A DNA stretch of 64,000 bases. Origin: Carcharhinus longimanus. Taxonomy: Eukaryota. Position 1 is the first letter of the stretch. The number at the start of each line of letters is the position of its first letter. This document shows, in pieces, positions 37,498-50,640 of this stretch. Under the pieces are notes generated by a model. That model had not been told where the DNA came from, searched no databases, and saw only the letters and a list, made by a program, of their open reading frames with translations. Made by a program: the position numbers and the translations under genes. The stretch is taken from contig JASCQW010000099.1 in the NCBI GenBank assembly GCA_030264375.1, positions 61,983,550-62,047,549 on the forward strand. The letters run 5' to 3'.

Positions 37498-40400
37498 GAA
37501 CAGCAGGGAGCCAATGGAAGTAATAATTGAGTTAGGAAGCTGCCATTTTTAGAAACGTTTTGAATTTTGCAGGTGAAACATGGCATCTGTGTCAACAGTT
37601 TGTCTACTCCCAGGAGGCAAAACCACAGCACAAGATCAATGTCATGAAATGCATATGCAGAGTTCAGTTTAAAGGACCAAATGGCAAGCCTAAGGCCATC
37701 CACCTATAAATGGTTGTAAATCACCTGTGGACTGATCAAAGGGATAGTGCTGGGCATGAGGAATTGGCTGCTGGTCCGGTTTCGTGCATCCATTGTGTGC
37801 TATCCTCTTCTGCTCCTTACAGCCCAGCATCACACAGCTTTCACATTGAAGCTGCCAGCCACTCTTCACTTCAGGCAATCTGGCCCTTCCATTTGCTTGA
37901 GCTGCTGGTCGTCCTTAAGGGCACGAGGCTGATTTAATGTGTGTTAGGTTGTGTTAGTTGTCCGGACTCATTTGCTGAGGTCCTCACCAGCGAGGATCTT
38001 GTATGGTCTCCACCAGTGCGGACCTGATATGATAGCCTCGCCAGTAGACCAAAGGCCATTGAAGCCACTTGGTAGATGGCGGCAGGGTTGGGCAGTGCAA
38101 GTTTGGAGCTATGGCAGTGCCAGCCTGGCACTGCCCAACAGGCACCATGGTACTTCCCACCAGGCCAGTAAAGATTGGGGTCATTGGCTGGGGCCAGTGA
38201 CCAGCCGTGGTGGTGATCATGGGGTTGGGGTTCAGGGGTGTCCATAGCGGGGAGGGGAGGGGGGGGAGCTGGATGGGGGAGTGACAGACTTCCCAGTGCA
38301 CTTTGTATACTTGCATGCGCAATAGAACCTATACAGGTCAGCAGTCGCCTTCCTGGCTTGAATAGTCTCCATCCATTCCCCTAGTGGTAAAAATCACACT
38401 TTGTCTCTTTTTTTTTCTAAATGCCATATGATTGTGTCTGGGAGCTCACTGAAACAACGTGACCCTCCCATTTTCACACACGTTTATCACTTGGAATATT
38501 TTTGGTAAGATATAAAGTATTACCCAAAGTGATCTAAAATAGTCTGTTCCCTTCCTGGTTTCACAATGTACAGTTTTAAAAAACTGTCTCTAACATATTC
38601 CATAAACTCCCTCCATGCTACTTTTGCCAATTTGATTTGCCCAGCCTATAAGAAGATTTATAGTTCCCCATTAATATTACATTAGCTGTATCATAAGTTT
38701 TTCTTATTTCTTAATCAATATCCTGTCTTGCACTGTAACAACTGTATGGGGACAGGTGATGAATGCACCTTCCATGGCTATCAGATCTAGGTGCAGCATT
38801 TTATTTTTCCCCACTAGTGGGCTTGCAGGCAGAAGGGGGGGCATAGAATTCCTTGGATGGCCTTCGCACTGGGCTCCCTCTTGCCAAAGCCTGCCACAAT
38901 CTTACAGCGGGCTTGGCAAGACCTAGACCCAATTAAGCCCTTAAATGGTCAATTAATGACCATTTAAGGGCCATTCCCTGCCTAGCCTCAACTTTCACAC
39001 TGGCAGGAAAATTTCAGCTGTAGAAGGAGGTCTAGAAAAAGACCCTGCTCAGGCCTCGGGCAGGAAAGGGGAACAGGAGTGTGCCTCCATCAAAGGACTC
39101 CTTACAACATCGGGTGCTTCCTCCACCCTGCTTAACCTCTCCGCCAACATCCCCAACCCACTTCTGCTCACCAGCCCTGGGTCTCACTGCCCTTCTTCGC
39201 CCTGAAACCCCCAAAATTGACCTGGTCCTGGAAAGTGGGATTTAAGACTCTGGGTACTGCGTCCATTGAAGCTCCTGGCATTGCTGGGGTTAGCGAGGTG
39301 CAAATTAATCAAATTGGTTGGCAGCTTGTTGAGATGTGACTTCCTCCTGACTGATTGGCGGAAATCCTACTTCCAGCCAGTTAATGCTGCTTGGTTGTGG
39401 GGCAACCAGTATTGGCAGCAATCAGCTCTCCACCAACTGGGATGAGGGGGTAGGAAACTCCATCTTTCTAAAAAAAAGCGTTGGAGTGGGACTCGAACCC
39501 AAAGCTTCCGGTTCAGAGGAAAGGACACAGCTTACTGTGTCACAATATTGCTGATAATAATTGATTTAAATTATTGATTTAATAAAGTAGAGCAAATAAT
39601 TATAATCACATTTATTCATTCATTCCTTTATTCAAATCCCTGTCTTAATTCAACCCTCAATTTTGTTTTGCCACTTCATAATGTTTGCCACCTAATAATC
39701 CAGGTAGGAACCTCATTGAGCTTTCTTAATATCTTGGCTGCCACCTTTCAGTATATGAATCACCGAGCATGACCCTCTGCACATTTAACTATCATGATAC
39801 TGTGATTTTTAATTCAGTTACATGTACCAGAAATCACACTGTTTTCTCCCTGTGCCCATCCCACTGATTCAACATTTCCCCTTAACGTGACCCATCTCCC
39901 CTCATTGATAACCTTCTGCATCCTTACATTTAATCAGTTGTTAATCTGTGCCTTGGTTTTATTCTTGGTAACCAGAAAAGGAGTTTCCCATGAGATATAT
40001 TGTTAAAAACCAATTGAAATTCTAAGCTCAATACTTCATGCTCCTCATTACTTCTCCCTGTTCCCATCCATTCAATTTGGCATATTATCTCCTCAAAAAA
40101 GGCACTATGTACTCCTTTTAAATCCATGTTGGATGTCATTTATTTAATTATTATCTATATATATGGTCTCAATTTTTTTCCCTGGTCATTTGATTCCAGA
40201 GTTCTTCCAATTTCTGAGGTCTGTAGTTGCCAGCTATGGCTTCTTCACCATTCTTCAATAGAATCAATTCATATGCCTATTCTCAGTCTCTTGGAATCCC
40301 GCCAATGTTCACTTTTTCCATCAAAATTTCCTTCACAGATCTTTAGATTGGCCAGAATTCTCAGACCTCAGTCACAGCTGGTATTTTTCCGGTCCCGCTG

Positions 40401-41505
40401 CCATGAATGGAGGAGATTTGGCTGAGTGCCAAATTCCTCATTCTTGCTGGCAGCGAGACTGGAGAATTCTGTCCTTTATTACTTGAAGTACAACTGTTTG
40501 GAATATAGTGGACATTTGAGGGAAATAAACTTGAAGGACTATGGGGATAAAGCAGGAGACTGACAGGATTGCTCTATAGAAAGCCAGGATGGAGTTGATG
40601 GGCTGAATGGACTTTTGAGTGGGACTGACTCTATGACTTTCCAATGCTTCAGCCCGAACCTTTTGGTTCACTNNNNNNNNNNNNNNNNNNNNNNNNNNNN
40701 NNNNNNNNNNNNNNNNNNNNNNNNNNNNNNNNNNNNNNNNNNNNNNNNNNNNNNNNNNNNNNNNNNNNNNNNNNNNNNNNNNNNNNNNNNNNNNNNNNNN
40801 NNNNNNNNNNNNNNNNNNNNNNNNNNNNNNNNNNNNNNNNNNNNNNNNNNNNNNNNNNNNNNNNNNNNNNNNNNNNNNNNNNNNNNNNNNNNNNNNNNNN
40901 NNNNNNNNNNNNNNNNNNNNNNNNNNNNNNNNNNNNNNNNNNNNNNNNNNNNNNNNNNNNNNNNNNNNNNNNNNNNNNNNNNNNNNNNNNNNNNNNNNNN
41001 NNNNNNNNNNNNNNNNNNNNNNNNNNNNNNNNNNNNNNNNNNNNNNNNNNNNNNNNNNNNNNNNNNNNNNNNNNNNNNNNNNNNNNNNNNNNNNNNNNNN
41101 NNNNNNNNNNNNNNNNNNNNNNNNNNNNNNNNNNNNNNNNNNNNNNNNNNNNNNNNNNNNNNNNNNNNNNNNNNNNNNNNNNNNNNNNNNNNNNNNNNNN
41201 NNNNNNNNNNNNNNNNNNNNNNNNNNNNNNNNNNNNNNNNNNNNNNNNNNNNNNNNNNNNNNNNNNNNNNNNNNNNNNNNNNNNNNNNNNNNNNNNNNNN
41301 NNNNNNNNNNNNNNNNNNNNNNNNNNNNNNNNNNNNNNNNNNNNNNNNNNNNNNNNNNNNNNNNNNNNNNNNNNNNNNNNNNNNNNNNNNNNNNNNNNNN
41401 NNNNNNNNNNNNNNNNNNNNNNNNNNNNNNNNNNNNNNNNNNNNNNNNNNNNNNNNNNNNNNNNNNNNNNNNNNNNNNNNNNNNNNNNNNNNNNNNNNNN
41501 NNNNT

Positions 41506-41663
41506 TGGACTGTGGGAGGAAACCGGAGCACCCAGAGGAAACCCATGCAGACACGAGGAGAATGTGCAAACTCCACACAGAGAGTGACCCCAGGCAGGAA
41601 TCGAACCCAGATCCCTGGAGCTGTGAAGCAGCAGTGCTAACCACTGTGCTACCATGCCGCCCA
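41506..41663 (-). mobile_element. HE1-like SINE 5' half (remainder in the N-run)
   Basis: Head and core match the other copies. Confidence 0.82.
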
Positions 41664-42494
41664 TAAGCGTCCACAAGCAAGCATTTTGTTCTCAATTTAA
41701 GAGTCCCTCCTTGTGCAGATGTGTATGCATGTGTGAAGAAGTCTACGCATGCAATGAATGGGCAGGGAAGGGGTTGGGGACAGTTAACTACCAGAAGAGA
41801 GGGACAGTCATAAGCCCACCTTACAGTAAACAGCTCTTTTACTATTATATCATTCCTGTTGGCAAGTTTTCTTTCCACATATTGAGACCACGTTCTGATT
41901 GTTCAGAGTTGCACCACAGTTAAGGTTATAGTATTTATTTCTTGTTTTAAGTAAAGACAATCAAGTTTACTAGATAGATCATCTATCAGTTGTTTTGGAA
42001 TATTTTTGTGTTACAGTCTGGATATGTTTATTTATTTCCCTTTTCCCTGCAGTTATCTTTTTATTCCATGATTCAGGGTCCTACAATTTTTACTTTTTAA
42101 TATAATTTTTCCTGATTTGCATACCTGACCACTACTAATCCTGCAGTAAAGTCCAAGTCCTGCCACCAAAGTTGGCTTTTCCCATCTTCATGGGAATGGG
42201 ACCAGAGTCAGGCCAGGATTTCACATGCACGATTTGTGATGGCAGCTGGCTATTTAAATCACTAACTGACTCCACTGAAGTGGGATTTTGGAAAAACAGG
42301 AGTGCACAGAGTAGAATAGGTAAGAGGAGGTCTGAACTTGCTGGATGTGTTTGGATGACCAAGGTATCCTTTTGAGAGGTAAGGTACCCTTTTGGACTAG
42401 GTCTTGGCACACCATTGGAGAGGTAAACTCTTTGGGATTGTTAAAAGTGAACATGACTATGCACATTTTAGGCACCAATAATTGGAACAGTCAA

Positions 42495-42855
42495 GCACTC
42501 AAGGAGCCTTTCATTTGTCAATGAACTGTCTAGCTGTCAACAAACTATTAAAGAACTGTCCAGCTATCAAGGAACTGTCTAGTTGTCAAGGAATTATCTC
42601 ATTGTCAAGGAACTTTAAAGAGCTGCCCAGCTGTCAATGAACTATCTGGCTTTGAAGGATCTGTTAAAGAGCTGTCCAGTTCTCAAAGAATTCTCTAGTT
42701 ATCAAAGCATGGTCTAGTTGTCAAAGAACTATTGAAGAGCTACTCAACCATCAAGGAATTACAAGGGAACGGTCATCTGTCAAAATTAGCCAGGAAATGT
42801 CAAGCCCATCAAAGCTATCCAAAAACTGTTAATGTTGTCATTGAACTGTCAAAGA
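42495..42855 (+). repeat. Degenerate minisatellite, unit about 19 bp (TCAAGGAACTGTCTAGCTG)
   Basis: Repeated tcaa(g/t)gaact(g/a)tc(t/c)ag(c/t)t(g/a) with interspersed truncated units. Confidence 0.8.
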
Positions 42856-43539
42856 TAGTAGGTGAGTTGGCATGGAGGAGGTAACGGCAAACGGGCTGTG
42901 AGTTGGCACTAAGTTGGCATGGGGGTATCGTAGCGGGTGGGGTCATGGGAGGAGAGCAGACAGGGATGTGGGTTGGCAAGAATGGGGCATAAGGAGGGGT
43001 AAGAGTAAGAGGGATATTTTTGTTTCAGTATTATCTTATATATATTTAAACACAGTGCCAGGACACAGAGGCAAGTTTGCAGCCAGCCCAACTTTGCACA
43101 TGACAGCATATGCATTTGTTCTAGGGTCGTCTGTCCCGATTCCTGTTTCAGCTGTGTACCCCCCGCTGACTGAAGGTCCAACCTGCGGATGAACGCTTAT
43201 AAAAGTCAGGTTCGTCAAGCTGGGAATTCCTCCTGACTCCGCACACCAGAGTCGAGCAAAAATCTGGGCCTTTATTAAATAGTTTCTTGGGTTTCTTTGT
43301 AGAATTGGGAACAATATGCAAACATAATATTTTTGTGTTATGTAAATACTGGCAAGTAAAAGACATGGGACAGTTGCCGACAATTTGCTGGCCATAAGCC
43401 TTTTCTGAGCTGATGATAAAGCAGCATCAGCAGAGACCTGGAAATATCCTGTTGGCCACGTCACCATGAAACACATGGGGTGGGGACCGGAGAATCCCAC
43501 CGGCGTAAACAGCTGGAGAATTCCAGCCAAAATGTCTAA

Positions 43540-43830
43540 TACTAAGGGTCATGTTCTTAAGATGAGGTGGGGAAAGTTCAAAGGAAATGTGAGGGGAAAT
43601 ATTTTACACAGAGAGTGGTAGGTGCTGGATTGCGCTGCCAGAAGTGGTGGTACAGGCAGATACGATAGGGGGGATTTAAGTGGCTTTTAGATAGGTACAT
43701 GGATATACCAGGAACAGAGGGATATGGACCAAAGGCAGGCAAAAGGGATTAGTTTAATTTGACGTCATGTTCAGCACAACAGCCTGGGCCCAGGGGCCTG
43801 TTCCTGAGCTGTACTGTTCTATCTTCTAAA
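43540..43830 (+). mobile_element. CR1-type LINE 3' end
   Basis: ttttacacagagagtggtaggtgc...gggcctgttcctgagctgtactgttctatcttcta. Confidence 0.8.
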
Positions 43831-44148
43831 TGTTTTTATCTTGGTCAGGTTGGGCTCCTTACAGAAAATTTATATTTTCTGGACAAGAATGAAAATTGAT
43901 GCTTCCATAAGTAATTAAATGTACTAAGGTACTAATACTAATGTGTCACCAGAATATTCCATAGGTGCACTAGTGGCAGGGGTGGGCTTGCAAAAGAAAT
44001 CGCAAAATGACTTGAATCAAGATCCCAAGATGGGAAAATCAATAGCACTGCCCTTCAATGTTCTGCTTTTAAAATGGGCTCGTCATGAAACACCGTCCTT
44101 TGTAGTGCTACCACATTAAGTTACAAGTCCTTTGAATGGACTACTTAC

Positions 44149-44255
44149 AGTTTTGGTGACTTTTAATCATGTGATCTGAATCCAGCGCGTGGTAAAACTC
44201 ATAAACTGAACGTCCAAGCAGTTCTTCTGGACAATATCCCATCAGTGCTGCAATT
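44149..44255 (-). CDS. EPAS1: EPAS1 exon 7 equivalent (PAS-B); not in the ORF track
   Basis: caccag|A ATT GCA...AAC T|gtaagt; 107 nt. Encodes [35 protein letters not shown](L). Confidence 0.96.
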
Positions 44256-46549
44256 CTGGTGATACAAATGTTAAACCATCACAGTTCATAAATAAAGATT
44301 CCCTCAAGCCTCAAAAGAACTTGCTATATATTATCAATTATTTGTGAAATACAGTGAAGCATAATTAAATGCTCAAAGGGGAATCTTAAAGAGCATACGA
44401 AGGGGACAGCGTTCCGTCCAATGGAAGATGGAATATTTCCAATGAACAACATGTACAACAATTTTTGGAGAAGATGCAGCCTTTAACATAGTTGTGTTCT
44501 ATAATTCAATGCATAGAATTGTTAGTACCTAGGAAGAGGGCAAGGAATAAACAGAATTAAGAGGCTGAAAAATTAACCATTAGTGTGTACAATGCATGGC
44601 AGGGTCACTAGCCAATTCATAGGTTTTGATTTTGTGCTAAGTAGCTGGGCAGAAAAAGTTCAAGACAACAAGGCATGAATCATATCCTACACGTCTTCAA
44701 CCTGACATTTATTAATAATAAATTTAGATTAAGACTTCTACTTAGGATTGGTGAAATCTGTTGATCAAAAACCATTTTTCCTTTGCTATTTTGCACTTGA
44801 AGATGAATGGAAACTAAGTCTGCCAATATCTGGGAGCAAAGCTCAGAACAGAACTGATTGAAAAAGCTTTTAAAGACAAGGGTGACATCCACCAAGGATT
44901 TTGATTTTCAATCTAGGGTCAGGATCCCAACACCCAGATAATGGCTGGGTCCCAACTCCACATCAGCCTCCACATGCAGATACCTATTTGGGCTGGCAAG
45001 CCTGATGCACAATTAATGGCACTAAGCACTGCCAGAAGGCGGGAACTGACACTCCCTGCATTGCATCCAACAGGGATGTGCACTACTGTGCACCAGACCA
45101 TATTGCTAATCTGTGATTTGCAAATCGCCTCCTGGCCTTCCTCAAACAGTTAACAAACTCCCTCAAGGGGTTTAATGGGCAGTTAATAGGAGGTGAGCAA
45201 GGTTACCAGGTCTCTCCTCACCTCCCCCCACCATTTGAGAGTGCTATTTTCAAAGTGTGTCCACACCCATTCTTGCCCAACATCCCCTGCCCCCTGCAAA
45301 CAACTGAAAATCATGGCCTGCGCTGTCCTACTTTGAAAAATTCATAACAGCAAATGATAGATTCAATAACAATCTCCTTTCTAAGGAAAGTATTATTTAA
45401 ACCAATACATTTTTAATGGCCCCGTTTATAACTCAGATTTCAACACTGGTCGGGGCACCAATGGCTTTTAAGGAAGATGTTGGTACCAGAGGGACAATTA
45501 CTGCTTGTGCAAAGAGGACTGTGTAGCTTGAACCTGCTGATTAATCAAGCTCTTTTACTATTCAAGCTATTAAATTTTATGAATCTCTGATTGGCATTAC
45601 ATGGTAATTCAAAACTTGTAAATCTCAAAGATTGAAAAACATGTTTTTGTCCTAGTATTGCAACTCTCTACTGACTATCCTTTGTGCCAAGAGGCTGATG
45701 TTTTATACAAACTGCTTCATCTTTAAGATATTGTTAACTGTAAGTTATGCTGAACGGAAGATGATGCCATTTGATCTCCCACCAAATTCACTGTGGTGAG
45801 GCGTGTTCTAATACTTCCCAAAGATGCACCTCAAAATCAAGTTACCAGACTGCCTCAGTTTGAAATCTTTTTCTTTTCTCGCCCAAGTCACCACATGATG
45901 CCTGCGAATAAGATTTCCAATCTAGAGCTTGAAAGTGGACAGTCTTAAGCTGTGATTACACAAACAAAGAGCTTGACACTTTTTTTTGCTGTGGTGGATT
46001 TGATCCTGGGGTCCAAGGCTGGCAGATGCTCACTTCACTCTTTGTGGGTTAGAAATAGGCATTGTAGACACCAATATAGTACGTGCTCAGGCCTCAGAAG
46101 TAATGTGTGGTGTACCACAGTGGTCATTTAGGATACCTGCTTGAAAATAGCATTGGATCCATATTCTGGATGCTTACTGGCGTTATGGATGAACATTCCA
46201 TATCAATTTTAAAAAGTGGAGCATTGCTGGACTCGTCATGTAAGCTCAGAGGTGCTGGGTGAAAGGAACTTGGTGAAAATTAGACGCGGGCACTGGTGCA
46301 AAACAACCCCTTCAGAGTGAGATGGTAATGAGAATATCTGGTGCAGCTGGTCCATACCCAGAGCACGGACTGGGTGGCACTGCCAAAAATTGTCTCATGG
46401 CCTCACTTCAGGTGTTATTTGTGATGAATTCATTCAACAGTTCCATATTTACTTCAGAGCTTCTTACAGTAAAAAGAAAACTCTAAATGCAATGAAGGGG
46501 TCAGGGCCATTTACTAATTTGGTTTTATCATTTTAAAATATGACTGTAC

Positions 46550-46752
46550 CTCTCATCACAATAAGTAAATTTCATATCCATGCTGTGGCGACTCAGGAAT
46601 GTTTTGCTGTCCAGTGGAACATCGATGTTAGATGGATGTTGAATCGGCTCACACATCATGATTAAGCATGTCATAGGTGGCTCCTTGTATCCACACAGCG
46701 TGTGAGCTTGGCAGGCATTGTATATTTTGATGTGTCCAGTGCAGTGCAACAC
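46550..46752 (-). CDS. EPAS1: EPAS1 exon 6 equivalent (end of PAS-A, start of PAS-B)
   Basis: tgttaaag|GTG TTG CAC...GAG AG|gtacag; 203 nt. Encodes [12 protein letters not shown]...[33 protein letters not shown]. Confidence 0.96.
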
Positions 46753-47073
46753 CTTTAACAAAGCAAAATAGAACATTTAAAACTGATTTGGACTTTTTTC
46801 CACCCCCGGTACTGACTGTGAGAATTTGGCACTATTTGGTCACCTCTTCTCCTGAAGGTATCAGCTCCTTGTCGGAGAAACCTCAGGTGCAAAAGAGCCC
46901 CTTCAGAGTGAGATGGTAGTAAGAACATCTGGCACGGCTAGGCAATACCCAGAGCACGGACTGAGCAGCAGTGGCAAAAAACGTTTCATGACCTCATTCA
47001 GGTGTACAGAATTATGAGTGGCCCAGGTGGGGGAGACAGGAAAGACTGGTTTCCCCTGGGAGTGGGGTCAATT

Positions 47074-47275
47074 CAGTAAGAAGTCTCAAAACAGCAGGTT
47101 AAAGTCCAACAGATTTATTTGGTAGCAAAAGCCACTCGTTTTTGGGCCTCTGACGAAGGGGCAGCGTTCCAAAAGCTGGTGGCTTTTGCTACCAAATAAA
47201 CCTGTTGGACTTTAACCTGGTGTTGTGAGATTTCTTACTGCGTTTACCACAGTCCAACACCGGCATCTCCACATC
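47074..47275 (+). mobile_element. Penelope-like palindromic element
   Basis: 62-bp inverted arms 47074-47135 and 47179-47240 (4 mismatches) around ctgacgaaggggcagcgttccaaaagc. Confidence 0.65.
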
Positions 47276-47279
47276 ATGG

Positions 47280-47565
47280 GGCCAATTTCCGGGGGGCATA
47301 GCTTTAAGGTGATTGGTAGAAGGATTAGAGGGGACATGAGGAAATGTTTTTCACTCAGAGTGGTGGACACCTGGACTTCATCACCTAAGTTGGTGGACGA
47401 GGCTGAAACACTCAACTCATTTAAAAGGTGCCTGCATCAGCATGTGAAGTGCTGTAAACAGCAAGGTGCAGACCAGGTGCCGGAAAGTAGGATTGTGTTT
47501 TTAGCCAGTGCAGATACAATGGGCTGAATGGTCTCTTTCCGTACCATAACTTTTCTATTGTTCTG
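47280..47565 (+). mobile_element. CR1-type LINE 3' fragment
   Basis: Translates as GHSFKVIGRRIRGDMRKCFSLRVVDTW...NSFKR, typical of the CR1 ORF2 end. Confidence 0.8.
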
Positions 47566-47774
47566 TGGCCAAGCTGAGTGAATGCACCTGCACGTCCTGT
47601 CTAACACATATCACCTCCCCCCCACTCCCCACCTTTCACATTGCTCAATGCACCAGAGACCCTATCACTCAGCCAGCCCTCAGGGCTCGCCCCTGACGCT
47701 CCTTCAAAGCCAGCCTCTCACTGCCTCCACATACCTCCATCTATTCAACTGTGTTAGGTGTCACCCAAGAGCAC

Positions 47775-50640
47775 TGCGTGGAATTCTCCCAAAAAAATTC
47801 AAAGCATCAAATTCGTCTGAAAACTGGAATAATTCATGCTATTCTTTTCAGTGGGTGTTCAGAGAAGAATCTGCCGCACTCTGTGCATTGCAAAGGCCAC
47901 CAGCATGAATATCATGACATTTCAGGGGGGCGGTACCTCTCTCCGCTGGAGAGGCTCAAATCAGTGTGCTGAGCAGGCCACAGCGCATGTGCCGATCTAT
48001 CAGTGACAAGATCAGTCAGGATCTTGTAATGACCCTGCCCCGATGGCCTCCCAATTGCTGGCCAGCTTAATCGCTGACCAGCCCCACGACCCCCTCAATG
48101 CCAGCTCGCCATTCCCCTATGTTCCAATTGCTGGCCCCCGACCATTCATGGGCCCAGCCCTGACACCCCCACCCCTTCCTTGCCCACCATGATCTCCAGC
48201 TCCAAACCCCCTTGCCCACAATCCTGATCCCCCCCACAGTGCCGATGCCCTTAGCAGTCTGACTGCACTCTACCACTGCACCACCACCCTTCCCCCACCA
48301 ACCGACCATAAGATGCCCTCTGAATATTGACACTTAGCCCCTTGGGCAGTGTCAGGCTGGCACTGCCAGGTTGCTAATGTCCAGGGGACAACCTCCACCG
48401 CCTGACTCTCTGTGGGGCCCCAAATGTCCCCTCCCCACTTCACTCCAGCAGGGTAGAACTGCTAGCTCCTCGAATGTGGAGAGCTACTGTAATCCCCGCT
48501 GGAATGAAATACTCCAGCCAGGTGGGGGGTGCTAGATGCCAGAGACTTCAGTCCCAGGCCCACCGTTTATATTTAAATTATATTAAAATGACCATGTAAC
48601 TAGTCATAGTGCCTCCCTGTCAATTTCCGGTGTGGAGCAGATGCCACCGGAAATCCAGCACTGGGAGACGCAAAATTAGCCCAGCAGGATGGCAGAATCA
48701 CTGTAACTGTGTTGTAGTCAATGACATTCTGCTCTCTTTCTTCCAGGAGAAGGTCTCCCACAACAAGCGAGAAAGCCACAGGACTGGAGGGGGACATTTG
48801 CCTTCGTACCATGGGACACAGTACTAAGAGCAGTGGCATCTAGGGCAGAGGAGGCCATCTAGATCATGGTAAGTTGCTGTTTGATCACCTTCCCCATTTA
48901 CTCACCTCATGCTCATCCAGAAAGGTGCCATGAATTTGAAACTGCAGATGGAATGAGTGTGAACCTCCTCATGTCCTCCCATCCCCCATTCCCATACCTT
49001 ACCCTTCCCTTTGCTCTTGTGGTTTCAGAGATCCAGCAACTGCTGGCTGCCCAAGCCCTCCAGAAACAGGAGGAGAAGGGGCACATTGCCTACCTTAAAG
49101 GGGAGTTTAGGATAGGGATCCACAAGCAATTACTCAATGGATATGGGCAGACTGCAGCCTGGACAAGGGGACAGGTCAGCTTGGAAAGAGTCCAGTGGAT
49201 GTATCTGTGTTGCAATGGCTACTCAATCCGTGGATATGAGTTCCTGGATGTTGGCCTGTGGGCTCAGGCTACTGCCATCCAACATTACGATTGAATACCT
49301 TAGCATTGGACCAGGAATGCAGAATCTGACAACAGTCAGCTATCTATGCTCTAGCTAATGACGAACCGTGCTGAGATGTTGTCCGATAGCAGTGGCACCA
49401 TGGAGTACAAACCCACTGTCCTCTCTCAGGATGACTGCATTCACACTCTTGGTGGTACCTCTCTGCCAACCAGCTCAGACTGTTCCCACCGTGTCAAGAT
49501 GGTGCAGTCCGAAGCCAAGACAGTTAGGTCCGGAGGGCCTTCCCAAGGGCATCCTCTGAGGCAACCTTTCATAATTGGACATTGCATCAGCCTGGCTTCA
49601 CAATGTTTACTTTCAAACCCTTTGGATGCACACACGGGACTCAGCTGCGTATATTACTGCAGTTGTCTGAAGTTGTGCAGCCCCAGCAAGAACCATCCCG
49701 CTCCACCTCCCATGCTATTAACATGGAGGGGAGGCATGTCTGCATAGCAAACTTGCTGGGAGCACTGTGGAGAGATAATGAAGGAGATTGGAAGTTTCTG
49801 CTGACCACAGAAAGAGTGGGGGAATTACAAAGCCTTTGTGGGAAAGTCAGGTGATGAAGCCTTCAGAATATATTTAATCACAATTGGCATGCCTAGGCCA
49901 GGATTCTCCCAAAAATATGAAAAGTCTCCAATTTGCAGGAAAATGGGAGCAAATCACAGTAGTTTTTTTAGTGTGATTTCCAGAAAGAATCTCCGACACT
50001 CTGTGCATCACAGGATGCCTCAGCATGATTCATTCTGTAAATGTGGGGGCAGGGCCAATTCCCGCCTAAAAGGCTGGCAACATAGTGCTGAGTGCGCCAC
50101 TGCACATGCGCCAATCTGTCAAGGCCGCGACCGGTGCATGTACAGTGGCCCACCCCTCCTTGCCAGCCTCCAAATTGCTGGCCTTCCTGATCGCTGGCAT
50201 CCTTTCAACACCCCTGATCACTGGCTTCCTGGAACTCCGCGGGCAAGCCCCAGTGCACACCCCACCCCAGCCAGCCCTGATCTTCCTCCACTACCTGACT
50301 TTGCCCCTCTCTCCCCCAGCAGACTTGATTCCCCTGGCAGCATCCATCCTCCCCACGCTCCACACCCCCCACCTCCCACCCTAGTGGGCAGTGTCATGGT
50401 GCCTGGTGGGCAGTACCAGTTTGCCCCTTAGGCAGTGCCAAGGTGCCAGGACACCCTTTTACGCCCAACCTCATGGGCGGGATCCTCAGCAGCCACCTGT
50501 TCCCTGTTCGTGGAGAGCAGTAGTAAACCCTGCTGGAGTCAACCACTCCTTTGCTTGGGGGGAGGAGACGCTAGTGGGCCCAGAGACCCAGGAGAATCGC
50601 ACCCCCCACCCCCCCATGTTTCAGTACTACTCATTCTCTG
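47775..50640 (+). mobile_element. Composite of decayed PIF/Harbinger-like elements
   Basis: Two related left ends (ggaattctcccaaaaa at ~47780, ggattctcccaaaaa at ~49900) with collinear internal sequence. Myb/SANT-partner-like remnant EKVSHNKRESHRTGGG at ~48746. Confidence 0.55.

Noticed and set aside
42495-42855. Repeat array considered as CRISPR-like
   Set aside because: Vertebrate intron, no unique spacers and no cas genes.
46080-46087. HRE core TACGTGCT in intron 6, suggesting autoregulation
   Set aside because: A single short motif is expected by chance in 64 kb; no ancillary CACAG and no conservation evidence.
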